Source of the DNA: Epiperipatus broadwayi
Lineage: Eukaryota; Animalia; Onychophora
Assembly: GCA_028023455.1 (NCBI GenBank)
Contig: JAQFVV010000005.1
Location: 18,910,001-18,974,000 of the forward strand
Length of the DNA stretch: 64,000 nt
Reading direction: 5' to 3'
Under the pieces are notes generated by a model, which searched no databases, was not told where the DNA came from, and worked only from the letters and a program-made list of their open reading frames with translations. Of the stretch, positions 38,482 to 51,280 are shown in pieces (the stretch's first letter is position 1; the number at the start of each line of letters is the position of its first letter). Made by a program: the position numbers and the translations under genes.

Positions 38482-41400
38482 TGTAACACTAATGAGATAT
38501 ATGTGTAAAACACACATATATCTGCATTACATGTGTAGAAATAAATTAATAAATCACAGAAAAGAAGAAAAATATGAGAGATAAACAAGAAATATATTTA
38601 AAAGTAGATTTTAAAATATAATTTTAGAAAGAAAAAAAAAGATTGTGCCATTTTTTAAGAAATCTGTTTTTAGCAAGAATAGGGGGGGGGGGAGATTAAA
38701 AAACCCTCTCTCTTCTTTTTATAAACTAAAAAGAAAAAACAAAAAGAATAAATGTTTACAAACAAATAAATGTAAAAGATTAAAATAAAATTACTTAATA
38801 ATTTGTAAACTATCTCATCAGCAGGGATACAATTAATTTTGAAAGATTCCTGGACGATAGAATGTTAGATGAATCTAATAAGATTAGATAAATAAAATAT
38901 AAAAATTATGTAAACCAGATTAAAGTTATGATAAAAAAATATGAATGGGAATTAGTATAAAAAGGGCAGTTTGTCTATTGTTAGTAGTTGTCCAAGTTTT
39001 ACAAAAATTTTCCAAAATTTGCAGTTCAGTGTTTCAAGTTTCTAGTTCATTGATTCCATTCGTCACTGAGAGCATAGTTAACATGACCCTCAGTGAGGCA
39101 GTCCTTACTTCCACAGAGAATATAAATGAAGAAGCCACCAAAATAGTAACATGTGTTGCTAGAAAATATTTGGAGTGTTCAACTGAGCTTCATGGGTGGA
39201 ATCCTTAGCTCCATCAACTGTTCGTGCCTGGAACCAATGCCAAAACTGTGATATAGAAACTGCCGCATAATCTCTCTCTCTTATTGATCATCTGAAGAAG
39301 AGAAGGAAAGCCATGAAGCTATTGATGGGGACCAAAAGGCCAATCTATTAGTAACCAAAACCAATGGAAACTTGTCATCTCAACATAATAAAACCTAGGT
39401 AAATATATTTTTTGAACTATAAATTGTCTAGACAAATATATTTCTTTAAGGAAATGAACTATGACGAATATTCAAAATAGTAAAATTATTAACAAGTAAT
39501 GTATATTCATTTATTTATGTTCTGAGTTAACATTTATTATATCTATTTAAATATGTGTTTGTATGAATAAAGGTTGTTTGCTTAAATGTTAATTGGTCTA
39601 TACTCTCTCTCTTTTAACTGCATCACCACTACTTATAAAATTTTAAAATATTGTCATATGTTAAGTAATATTGCACTGGGTTCTCCTGATCAAGAGTGTG
39701 AGTTAGACTGGGTATATTTCAAATGCTGGGTTCATGTGCCTCTTGTCTGCACATGCCGGCTATATATATTATATGTATGGCTGGCTGGTGCCTGAGACAA
39801 GTTCTCAAATCAAATAAAGTGCTTTGGCTGGCAGATTTTTGACCCAGCAGTATGAAGAGATGCTGTAGCCAGGAAACAAGGTCATTGTTGTGCTTTTGTA
39901 TAGTCCCGATCTAGCTATAGGTATCATTGATGGTTAATCTATCAATCGTATTCTACCCCTCTGCTTGAGGATACTATCCAATGCAGTAAGTGTTAAAGAA
40001 AAGGTAATCACATAAAATAAAATATAATAAAGAATAGATATTAATAAATAACCAATATGTCCCAAATAATATAATGCTTTAGAGCTGCAGGAAATGTTGC
40101 AGGAGTTATCAGATGAATGTAGGAAAGTAGGACTAAAGATAAATGTTAAAAAGACTAAAGTAATGTTTAATGGATTTTCTCAAAATATGAAAATAAAGAT
40201 TGATTACGATGAATTAGAAGAAGTTAACAGTTACAAATACCTTGGTCAGGTTATTAATACAGATGGAAACATAATGGATGAAATTAATCATAGAATTAAA
40301 CTTGGTTGGAGTGCTTTTGGTAAAAGTAACTTGATACTAAAAGGAAATATGCCTATGTGTTTGAAAAGGAAGTTTTTTAATAAATGTGTTTTACCAGTTC
40401 TTACTTATGAATCTGAGACTTGGACACTTAATAGAAGAGCAATACAGAGACTTCAGACCACTCAAAGAAGTATGGAGAGATGCATATTGGGAGTAACAAG
40501 AAGAGATCAAAAACACAATATATGGGTAAGAGAACAAACAGGTATTACTGACCTCACTGAAAAAATTAAAAGACTGAAGTGGAGTTGGGCTGGACATATT
40601 GCTAGAAGAGATGATAATAGATGGACAATTGAAATCTTAAACTAAATTCACAGAGATTGTAAAAGACCCAGAAAGAGAGCACATATGAGATGGATAGATG
40701 AAATAAGAAAGTGTGCAGGGGTAATGTGGAGAAGAGAAGCTAATGCTCAGAGAAGATGGATTGAACTTGGAGAGACCTTCATCCTGCAGTGGATTGATAA
40801 TGGTTGATGATGATATAACAATATCGATAAAATAAAGTGTTTAGAAGGTGGATCACAGATTCCAGTACAAATGCCATCCAACTTGGGTGCCAATTCACCA
40901 TAAATGTCCCAGAATAATTAAAATTAAAAAATTAATATGTTGGAAACTAAAATTTCAAATAAATGCCAAATTGCATAGTAATGAAAGATTAAATCGGTGA
41001 GCAGTATGAGAAGAGAAATAGACCAAGGCAAGCAGAAATATATATATATAGGTATGAAATATAAATAAAAAGGAAAGAGAAGAAAAAAGCAGCCAGAGAG
41101 ATAAAAAAATTTGTATTGGGGGTTGTTGGTAGTCAGATAGGAATAAGAGAGAACAGGGATTTTTTGGAGATTAGTAGAATACTTCATTTGATTTAAATTA
41201 TTTAAAAATAAGTAAAATAAGTAAATAATATTATAAAAGAAATAATAAAGTAATAAAAATTAAAAAACTAATGCGTACTAGAGCCAAAACAAAAATGGAG
41301 GTTCAAAATAAATAAGTAGACATACTCAGCGAAAAATAGGAAATCACTGATAATATAGAAAAAAGTAACATAGAAATAAATGAAATCATCAGTTTGTCTG

Positions 41401-44400
41401 AGGAAAAATTGAAGAGACAGGAAGAAATGTTCAAAAAAGAAATAGATAAGTGGATACAGGGAATGATGATAGCACAATAAAAAAATAGGAAAATAATAGA
41501 AAATATAAGTAAGTTAACAGATAAAATAAACAAAACTGAAAAAAGCAGGGAAGAGGGAATGGAAATAATATGAGAAGAGAATGAGAAGGTAATAGAAAAA
41601 ATAAATATAAGTAAGTTAGCAGAAAAAATAGAGGTAGTACAGTTAAAAGATGAGGAAGATAAAGGTAAATTAGAAACCAAGAACATAAATGTTAATAATA
41701 GGGAAGAGAAAAGCCCAAGTATGTACCCGCATTTAAATAGCTCACATACAGTAAATCCATTTTTAAAAATAAAAATATTTTTGTGGCATGCAGCAGGGGA
41801 GGCTCTGACTGAACCCCTTGGCAGTCTAGAATGCCACTTTGCATTGAACCAGCTAGGCAAAGAGGCAATGGCCACTATCACTTGTAATCATCTTCAAGGA
41901 GATGCGCAGTTTTGGTGGAATCCTTATTTACAAAAATAGCTATGTTCTGAGAGTATAAGCAATCATTATTGGCAAGCTATTGGAGTGAAGAACACCAAGA
42001 AAACATTAAACATCAGGTGTTGCAGGATAAATGGTGACCTGGTGTCCTTTTCACTATATTTTTCCTCCGTCAAGTGGCGAAGTTAAAATTGCTAATGACT
42101 AACCCGCTATCAGAACAGCAAATCTTTCGAATAGTAAGGCACAATTTCCCACATAATGTGAAACAAATGTTAATTGGCACTGAAAGAAAAACAGGAGAGC
42201 AGATAGCTGAGTTACTTAATGCATTTGACAGCACAAGGCCAAGTTATGAAAATAGGGAAAGGGATTCATACCCCTAGAGAGAAAAATATGAATGTTATAA
42301 ATTTCAGCTCATATAAAAATGATTGGGATGAAAAGACTAGATAGAAAGAATTGGATAGTCCTAAAAGAAAGGGGGGGATCAATACACCAGCCATGATCCA
42401 GGAACCAATCACCCAGAACAATAGGACAGACCTACAAACAGGTCACAATTTCCTGATCTGAGTGATATGTAAGAAACTTAAAAGAAATGTCTGACAAAAG
42501 TTAAATAGGTCTATAGTAATTGAACAGACTTTTAGGTAATTAAAAAAAAATTATTTGTGCATGGATTCTGAGAATCAAAATAAAATAAAAGTAAAATAAA
42601 AAATTTTTAGAGTCAATATATGTGATCGAAATAAATAAAATAAAATTTGGTAAAATATATTAAAAATAAATAAAGGTAATCTTTCATGATGCCTAAAAAT
42701 AAACAAAATGATCTTATGTAAGCGACGGTGTTGATTTAGTTATGGGGTGTGTGTATATGAGTAAGAAAGGAGTGGTGATTGTAGGCCATCACTTTGTGAA
42801 CTTATGACCTGTAACAGGTATCAAGGGGGATAAAATCCCATAATTCTAAGATGAGAACCCAATAGGGAAAGTCCTGAGCCCAACCAATATACTGGTAGAG
42901 GTATTCCCAGGCATTATATAAAAAGTGTGCATTAGAAAAATAATTCTGGCATATGCCGCAAATCAGTTCGCTGGAAGAAAAAATTCCCAGTATAGTTATA
43001 ATAAATCTTGTTTTAGCATAAATCAACTGGTCTGTGGATGTAACCTGCAATTCACAGTGTTCACTTATCTTGGAGGGTGAGGACCCAGTGGAGAAAATCC
43101 TGAGTCCAGCAATTTGCTGGTAGAGAAAACCCCAGCATGTCCATTGTAATTAAAGTGTTTTTTTTTTGCATAAGTCAAGTGATCAGTAGATAATCCCTGC
43201 CATTGCAACAGCCAACTCACCGTACATATCCACAAGGATGTATATTGTCCATCGTGTGTCTTGCAATTGATATAATTGTTGTATTCAATGCAGATTATGG
43301 CATGGTAAGCAGGTCAATATAAAAAAGGCAACCTCTGTAACTTGTCAGTCTCTAGCCATTCGAAACTTCTTTTATAGAAAAATAATAAATAAATAAATAA
43401 ATAAAAAACCAAATAGAAAAGGGAAATCAAATGTCAAACTAAAATGGGTCAAATTGACGCATTTTACCTCTCAAGGGCGGGGAGGGTGATATAATGCTAG
43501 TGAGATATATGTATAACACACATATATATCTGCATTACATGTGTTGAAATAAATTAATGTCACAGAAAAGAAGAATAATATGAGAAAAAAACAAGAAATA
43601 TATTTAAAAGTAGATTTTAAAATATAATTTGATAAACAAAAAAATAAAAGATTGCGTCATTTTTTAAAAAAACTGTTTTTAGTAAGAATAGGGTCGGGAA
43701 AGATTTAAAACCCGCTCTCTCTTCTTTTTATAAACTAAAAAGAAAAAAAAAGAATAATTGTTTAAAAACAAATAAATGTAAGAGATTAAAATAAAATTAA
43801 TTAGTAATTTGTAAACTATCTCATTGGCAGGAATGCAATTAATTTTGAAAGATTCCTGGCCAATAAAATGTTAGATGAATCTAATGAGATTAGATAAAAA
43901 TGTAAAAATTAATTAAACCAGATTAAAGTTATAATAAAAAAGTAAACAATGGAAGAGTTAGTATAAAAAAGGCAGTGTGTCTATTGTTAGTAGTTGTCCA
44001 GAATTTTGCAAAAAGTTTTCAAAAGTTGCAGTTAGTTCACTGATCAATTCATCACTGAAGACATAGATGTGACCCCCAGTGAGCGAGTCCTAACTGCTGC
44101 AAAAAATATAAATGAAGAAGTTGCAGAAATAGCAACATGCATTGCTAAAAAACCTTTGGAGTGTCCATGCCCTGAGTCCTCGGATCCATCAACTGTTCGT
44201 GTCTGAAATCAATGCCAAAACTATGATGCAGATGCTGTTGCATGCATTCTCTCTCTCCCATTGTCCATCCAAAGAAGGGAAGGAAAGCCATGAAGCCATC
44301 GATGGAAATCAAAAGGCCAACTGGTTGAAAAACAAAACCAATGGGAATGTGTCACCTCAACATAATAAAACCTCAGTAAATATACTTTTTGAACTGTAAA

Positions 44401-45085
44401 TGTGTCTAGACAAATATATTTCTTTAATGAAATGAATGATGGACATTCAAAATAGTGAATTACTAACAAGTTATGTGTATTAACATTTATTATATCTATT
44501 TAAATATGTGTTTGTGTGAATAAAGATTGTTTACTTAAATGTTACTTGGTCTATACTGTCTCTCTTTTAACTGTGTCACCAGTGCTTTAAAAAATATTTT
44601 CATGTATTAAATAATACTGTGCTGGGTTCTCCTGATCAAGAGTGTGAACTAGCCTGGGTATATTTCAAGTGCTGGGTTCATGTGCCTGTCATTTGGGCAT
44701 GGCTTATGTCTGAGATGGGTTCTCAAATCAAATAAAGTGCTTTGGGTGGCAGGATATTGGCCCAGCAGTATGGAGGGATGCTATAGGCAAGAAATAGGGT
44801 CATGGTTGTGCTTTTCTATAGCCCCAAGATCTGGCTGTAGGTATCATTGATGATTAATCTATCAATAGTATTCTACCCCACTGCTTGAGTGTACTATCCA
44901 TTGCTGCAGGTGTTAAAGAAGAAAAGGTAATCACATAAAGTAAAATATAATAATGCATAGATGTTAATAAATAACTAATATGTCCCAAATAATAATATTG
45001 ATAAAATGTATAATATAATATAAAATATATAACAATATTGATAAAATATAAAGTGTTTAGGTGATGGACCATGGATTCTGGTACA
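38482..45085 (+). mobile_element. Degenerate LTR element with ~1.6 kb LTRs and gag remnants only (no pol detected)
   Basis: LTRs 38482-40869 (interrupted by the RTE) and ~43490-45085, ending GTACA; PPT AAGGGCGGGGAGGG; ATAT flanks within (TA)n. Retrotransposon-gag-like LQGDAQFWW...YWS and SEQQIFRIVRHNFP. Confidence 0.8.
40073..40814 (+). mobile_element. 5'-truncated RTE-clade LINE inserted in the 5' LTR
   Basis: GLKINVKKTKVM, YKYLGQ, EINHRIKLGWSAF, LPVLTY..ETW, W.WAGHIARR..RW; (GAT)n tail; absent from the partner LTR. Confidence 0.9.
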
Positions 45086-46299
45086 ATATATATATATATA
45101 CACGCACGTGTGTGTATATACTCACACACACCAATAAAATTCGAGAAATTGTTCATCCAATTATTAAGTTTAATAAGTTTAAAAAGATGTAAATTAAATG
45201 GATAAATTATAAAGCAAAATAATGCTTCCATTCAATCTTAATTCCAAAAAATTTTCTGAGCTATTAGTTGAAATTTCACAATAAAAATTAAATGATCACA
45301 ATTTGATTTTCTTAAGCAAGATCTGTAATGTAACTCCAGTATGAAAGTCAATCTAAATGCTAACCAAAAACAATAATAAATTATTAGGCAATCAATAAAG
45401 TAACATAATTATAATAAATATACTATTGTACACAAAACTATATCTTAAAACAGGCAAAAAAAAACATTTCAAACACATTGTACACATTTCAATATTGTTG
45501 GGTGTTCATCATTGATTGGCATTAACGAATAATTTAAAATATATTACCAACAATCATAATTATTTTATTCTTTTATTAAAGGCTTTTCGCAGAGGCAAAA
45601 TTTAACAATAATATAAGCATAGAAAAAAAAAAGTTTGAAGTTTCATTCTGTAAATTACTGTACTAAAAAGACTATATTTAGTTATGTTTTTAGACATTTT
45701 AAATGTACATTAAATGTAAATTTCATCAAACTAGTCAGTAAAAATAATATTTTGACTCACATGATATAATTTAACTATAATGTTAACCATTAAACCAGTA
45801 AATATTTATCACACATCCTATAAAGCAAATCAACATTCTTTCTTCTATATCAAATGCAATGTTTTAATATTTCCCCCCCATAATGTACAATTCATTACCA
45901 TATAGTAAACACACATTTTATTAATAAATATTTCAACTGTAATTTCATTTTTTTTTTTACATTTTTTTTTTTTACGAACAGCAATAAATAATACATGATT
46001 TTTATATGGTTTGGCTAAGCAGTTTATAAAGTCACTTCTAATTCAAACAAGTTTATTTATCACAGGAATTTTGATTTTAACATTATTAAAAAATAATAAT
46101 AAAAGTGAATAAATAATTATAAAAAAATATTATACTTAATAAGATAAAAATGATTTCTTTATCCTAATCATTATAGAATCAAATTATATAAGTATAAGTA
46201 ATCCAAAGATAATGAATGACAATATACCAAATTTGTAACAGCTTTTATTAAAATAGAAATTTAAAAAAATTAATCAGAATTGGAAAAAATTATATCATA

Positions 46300-48000
46300 A
46301 GAAGTAAAAAAAAAAAAAAGTAGAGAAATTTATAGGTGTGGAGGAAATTTTTAACTTGACTAACAGGATTTCTGGTCATATAGCTTATGCATAGAAACCC
46401 TCTTTGTTTAAAGAGTAATCATTTCACATTATATCCCATCACTACTGAAAATGGGAAATGTTTATACTGGAAAGGTAAATATGAATGAGACATTATATTA
46501 AAGAATGTATGAAGACTTAGAAAAAATAAAGTGTTTGAAAGAGAGTAAAAAAGATGCAGTGATTATAATTTTATGATATTAGAATTATGGGCATCTGGAG
46601 AATGGATGGAAAATAAGTAATGAGTTTAAACCAAATAAATTTAATAATATTTAGGAAAGAATTATGAAAGATAATGAAAATAAATTTTAAGAACTATATA
46701 AATATGATTAAAAAATGTTTCCAAATATTTATTTAGAACAAATATGATTAATCAGAAAAAAATGGAATAAAAATATGTTTATAAAATGTAAAAGAAAGAA
46801 AAAAGACATGTAACGAGTATAAAGAGACCATCAAGAAACAAATGAAAGAAGAGGTAACAGTTAGATAAGGTATTAATTTAAGAAAAAAATAAAATTAAAA
46901 TTAAGATAGAAAAGGAATTGACTTAATAATAAAAATTAAAGGAATAAATTAACAATGCAAAAAAACGTTTTGTGAAAAAATTTGATGAGGAAGAAAAATA
47001 AAAATAAAAGAGTGTTTTATATTGTTAAATGCAGAGGGAAGAAAATATAAGGGCAGGGAAGAACTTGTAAAAATAGTCACTGATTATGTAACACAATCTT
47101 TAGATGAAACATAATAGATGAATATAATTCATTAGAGTGCGTAATTTATGAAATTATAGATAGAATGTTGGAGGAAGAATAAATAGATTGAAAAAAGATA
47201 CAGCAAGAGGACTAGGTTAACCAACTATACATCACAATCAATAACTTCTATAATTTATAAAATATTTAAAGGTAATTAAATCTTGAAAAAAATTCATAAT
47301 GGATTTTGTCAAGGAAATAAATAACAGATATTTATTCATTGATATTTAGTTAACTGGAAAGTCTTATAAGGAAAATGAATCAGTATTTACTATATTTTTA
47401 AATATTGAAAAGATTTATAAATGGTTGAATAGGAATAGATTAGCAAAGAAAATTTGAAAATATAGAAATTGACTTAGGTTGCTAAAAACGATTAAATCTT
47501 TACAAAGATATTTTTATAAATATCAACTAGTGAATAATATAGAATCAATAAATGTTAAATGTAAAATTGGATTGAAATAGGGATGTCTATTGTTACTATT
47601 ACTATTTTATTTACAAGAAAATTGGAGATTGTAATAGAAAGATTAAAGATAGTAGTTCTTATTTTTTGTTTTGCAAAAGCATTTTTTGCAAGCAAAGTAA
47701 AAAAAAAAGTAGGGCATCATTAAAAGAGAAGTGTGAAAAGAAAAATTAAATTCAATAAAGAGAAATCTAAAATATTAGTATTTAATGAAAAATGCAAAGT
47801 TGAATGGATGGAAAATTAAAGATATTGTCTTGAAGAAGAAAAATATAGATATTTAGAAATTGTGTGAAAGGAAAAAATGAATTAAATTACATAAATATTT
47901 GAGAATTACATTTGAAAAATAAAATAAAAAAACAGAACGAGATTGATTAAACATCTGATATGATTCTAATATGAAATATGTAGAATAATTTGGAAAGAGG
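46300..48000 (+). mobile_element. Highly decayed non-LTR retrotransposon RT region
   Basis: Remnants DIEKIY..LNR, LLKTIKSL and GLK*GCLL..LLF resemble LINE RT motifs. Boundaries are approximate. Confidence 0.5.
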
Positions 48001-48600
48001 TAATGGACATCTATTTTATCATTAGGAAATGAGATATTTTAATGTTGATTAGAAAACTTATGAGACAGAATACAAAAGTAAGTATATATTTTGTAATGGT
48101 CTGCATATTCTAATTTAATTGCATCATGGTCATGACTTGGTTATGAGCAGGGTCAATAGAAGGCTGTAAGCAAGGCATGAGAGTGCTGATACAAAAGGGT
48201 GTGAAAACAGTGCAGAATTAAGAATACATTTTTGTTGTTACGAATATTAATTAATGCGATTTGATTCATTATTACTCCAGAATAGGGAAATATAAGCATA
48301 TTAAAATAAACAATCATTTCTTGAAATGCAATTTGTCAATTATAATTTCATATGATTTGTTTTTCGCTTATGATACCCTCAGTTATGTCTTCTTATGCTG
48401 GGTTTATATGATCCATATTTCACATCACATTGTTATGTGATGTGAAAATGGAACAGTCTGTTTTACCATTACTATACATTCCATTTATATATATATTGTG
48501 ATGGTGATTTGGTACATAATAATAAACATAACTTCAAATTTTGTATTGGCTTATTATAAAAATAATAAAATGATAAAAATCAAGTCAGATGTCACATGAC

Positions 48601-49015
48601 TTAATTTAATAAAGCTTGTATTTACAAATGTTATATATAGAGTTTGCAAAATAAGCTCTTAACAAGCTTTGAGAATATCTTCAACCCCAGATCGGTTTCT
48701 GCTTCTGGCATCGTCAGTGAGGTGCTAAAGCTATTAATATATGGTGTATCTGAATTTAGTTCAGTCCCATATGGCTATTTGAGTTAGATAGCTAGATTGG
48801 AAGACATACGGATGTCTGACAATTTCAGATTTTCTACTCAATAATTATACCTTAGATAAAGTGCTGGGCTTATCCTAGTATTTTTAATCTAATGCTGAAT
48901 ATCCTGGCACCTCATTGATGACACCAGAAGCAGAAACCGGTCTGAGGTTGAGGATATTCTCAAAGGTTGTTAAGAGCTTATTTTGCAAGCTCTATATATA
49001 ACATTTATAAAAATA
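48601..49015. mobile_element. 'Family D' element with head-to-head arms, each carrying a hammerhead motif
   Basis: Arms ~48611-48727 and ~48906-49015. - strand CCTCA-CTGACGA-TGC-CAGAA-GCA-GAAA-CCGA-TC (48685-48722); + strand CCTCA-TTGATGA-...-GAAA-CCGG-TC-TGAGG (48897-48958). Confidence 0.8.
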
Positions 49016-50504
49016 ATATCTTAAATTTACCATTTCAAGCAAAATTTTTAAAAAAATCCAAGCCTCAGTGTTTTTGCAACATTTGAAATTCTTGTAGCAA
49101 TTTTGGAAAATTTGCAGTTTTCTATTAAGTTTTAAAAACAGCACAAAGATAATTTTAAGAAGAAAAAGGGGGTAATACTATTGTATACATGTGAATAAAT
49201 TAGTTAAAATAGGATCAGTAAAGCAATATTAATATTAGTATACACATAATGATAAAACTATTTACAGTAATAACAAAAACTTCTAATGCAATAATTAAAT
49301 CTGAATGTGCATGTATATTAAATATAAAGCAATACTATTTTAAAATATTCAAATAAAGTTATTTTAAATTTGAAATAAAATCTCAATTATTGTAAGAATA
49401 GTAAATAAAATAAAAATCATTTATCGTAATACCTATAATATAAATATTTGTTCTAACATTGTGATTTGTATATTTAATTTTATTAAAGTATAATATTTTA
49501 TTTAAATATGTTTTAAAATGTTATGTGCATGTCTTTCAACTGCCCTAATGAAGAAATAAAACATCTGAAAAATATTCATCATGGTAAAATGCATAAAAAA
49601 AATTTTTTTAATGTTTTTGAAATAGAAAATTATAAGCCATTTTGCCAATACCAATATGTCAATTGTCATCTGCTGCTGTAGTTTATAGCCAATATCTATA
49701 AAATTGGTACACACCTGCATTTTGAATATTTATTTATTTTAACCCAGTTTAAAAAATTAATGGAATTACTCTTTGTAAACAATTTTCTTATAAATGCTAA
49801 AATTAGGGAATTACTAATTATTCACTCCACACATATACAAATGAAGAAAAATAACTTATTGTGATTTTCTTAAAGTTTACCACATAAAATGGATTGAGTC
49901 AAAAGATAAAATTTTGTCGTCATTTATTGTTCTACCAGATATAATTCTTTTCCATCCTCTGAGATGTTATAATTATAGTGCCAAAGGTTTTCAATCATTT
50001 TTTTAAAAAAACATTCTAAAAGATTTCAGAAATAAAAATAATTGGAACTCTTAAATATTTTAAGTGGATTTTAGGTTATAGATTTTTTTTTTACTTATTA
50101 TTATATATATATTGCTTTATAAAGTTCCCATAGGAGGAAAGCTCAAAAAACAAAAAAAACAAGAGGTTTTATATATTATTATAATTTCAATATCATGACT
50201 TAATACATGTGCATTTTGTTTTGACAAGATTATTAATATTAATTATTATTTAACCATAATTTAAATATAGTAGTTAATGTTTCATATGACTTATTCGTCA
50301 TTAAAGATGTCTATGGTGTTACTATTACAGCTCATAAGATATCTAAAGAATAACAGTAAATGATTATATAATTTAAAATATTTTATAAGAATTACCCCTT
50401 TTTTATCAATATAGGTATATTAAAGACTGTATAAAGATTTATATAATTAATTACTTTTGTGGCAATAAGATTGACATATAAATAATATTGTTGTTCAGTA
50501 GAGG

Positions 50505-50925
50505 AAAGCTTCTAGCAACATGCATTTTTTATTGATAAATGTTAGCGTACAAGTGAATTATTTCAATTCAAAACTACTTGATGTTCTAACTTATATTTAT
50601 GAAAATGATTTGACCATTTTGTTCCCAAATTTGAGCATATTATTAAGAATATTAATAACTTCTCCTACATGTGTGCCTAGTGAAGACAGATTGTTATCAA
50701 AATTAAAAATTATAAAAAAAAAAGCTGGTAAATTTGTCAGTGATGATGATATTGTATATAAATTTAGGTCTATAAAAGCTCGGAAAGTAAATTTATAATT
50801 ATGTAATAATAATTTTTTCCATTATTATCATGTAGAATTTGTTTTATTTTATTTTATTTTTTTGAGAGAGGGCACCAATTATTGTTTTGCATAAGGTCGC
50901 TGACAACCCTTCCTCCAGCCTTAGT
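50505..50925 (+). mobile_element. hAT DNA transposon 3' fragment (dimerisation domain plus subterminal region)
   Basis: IYENDLTILFPNLSILLRILITSP...EDRLLSKLKIIK resembles the hAT C-terminal FPN...T.AS.ERSFSKLK motif. Confidence 0.7.
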
Positions 50926-51180
50926 TATGATCAATGGTGGATCCAAGTATTATTTGGTAGTTGGTGGCTTCTCCTTTTTCTTAGCCAGCTATAATGACAG
51001 TAAGATATGGAATGAAGCATGAATAAGAACAAGAATCAAGAAGAATCATTTCAAAAAAAAATATCTTGGTTATATATATATAAATAACTACAACCATTAA
51101 ATGTCTGTATTTTTAAATTATATAATAATAATTCAAACAAATATATTTAACACAGTATTCAAAATTAAATAATCTATTCT

Positions 51181-51231
51181 TTACCAGAAGTACTTTCAAT
51201 TGTTTCACTGACAATCTTTATCAACTGTTAA
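51181..51231 (-). ncRNA. Same variant hammerhead, 3' pLTR of the - array
   Basis: Reverse complement of 54881-54931. Confidence 0.7.
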
Positions 51232-51280
51232 TACAAACGTACAAAAAATAAAAACTTGCATTACCCATCATTCAATCTAT

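Noticed and set aside
48418-48447. Perfect 13 bp hairpin TTTCACATCACAT-tgtt-ATGTGATGTGAAA
   Set aside because: Isolated, low complexity, and with no associated element.
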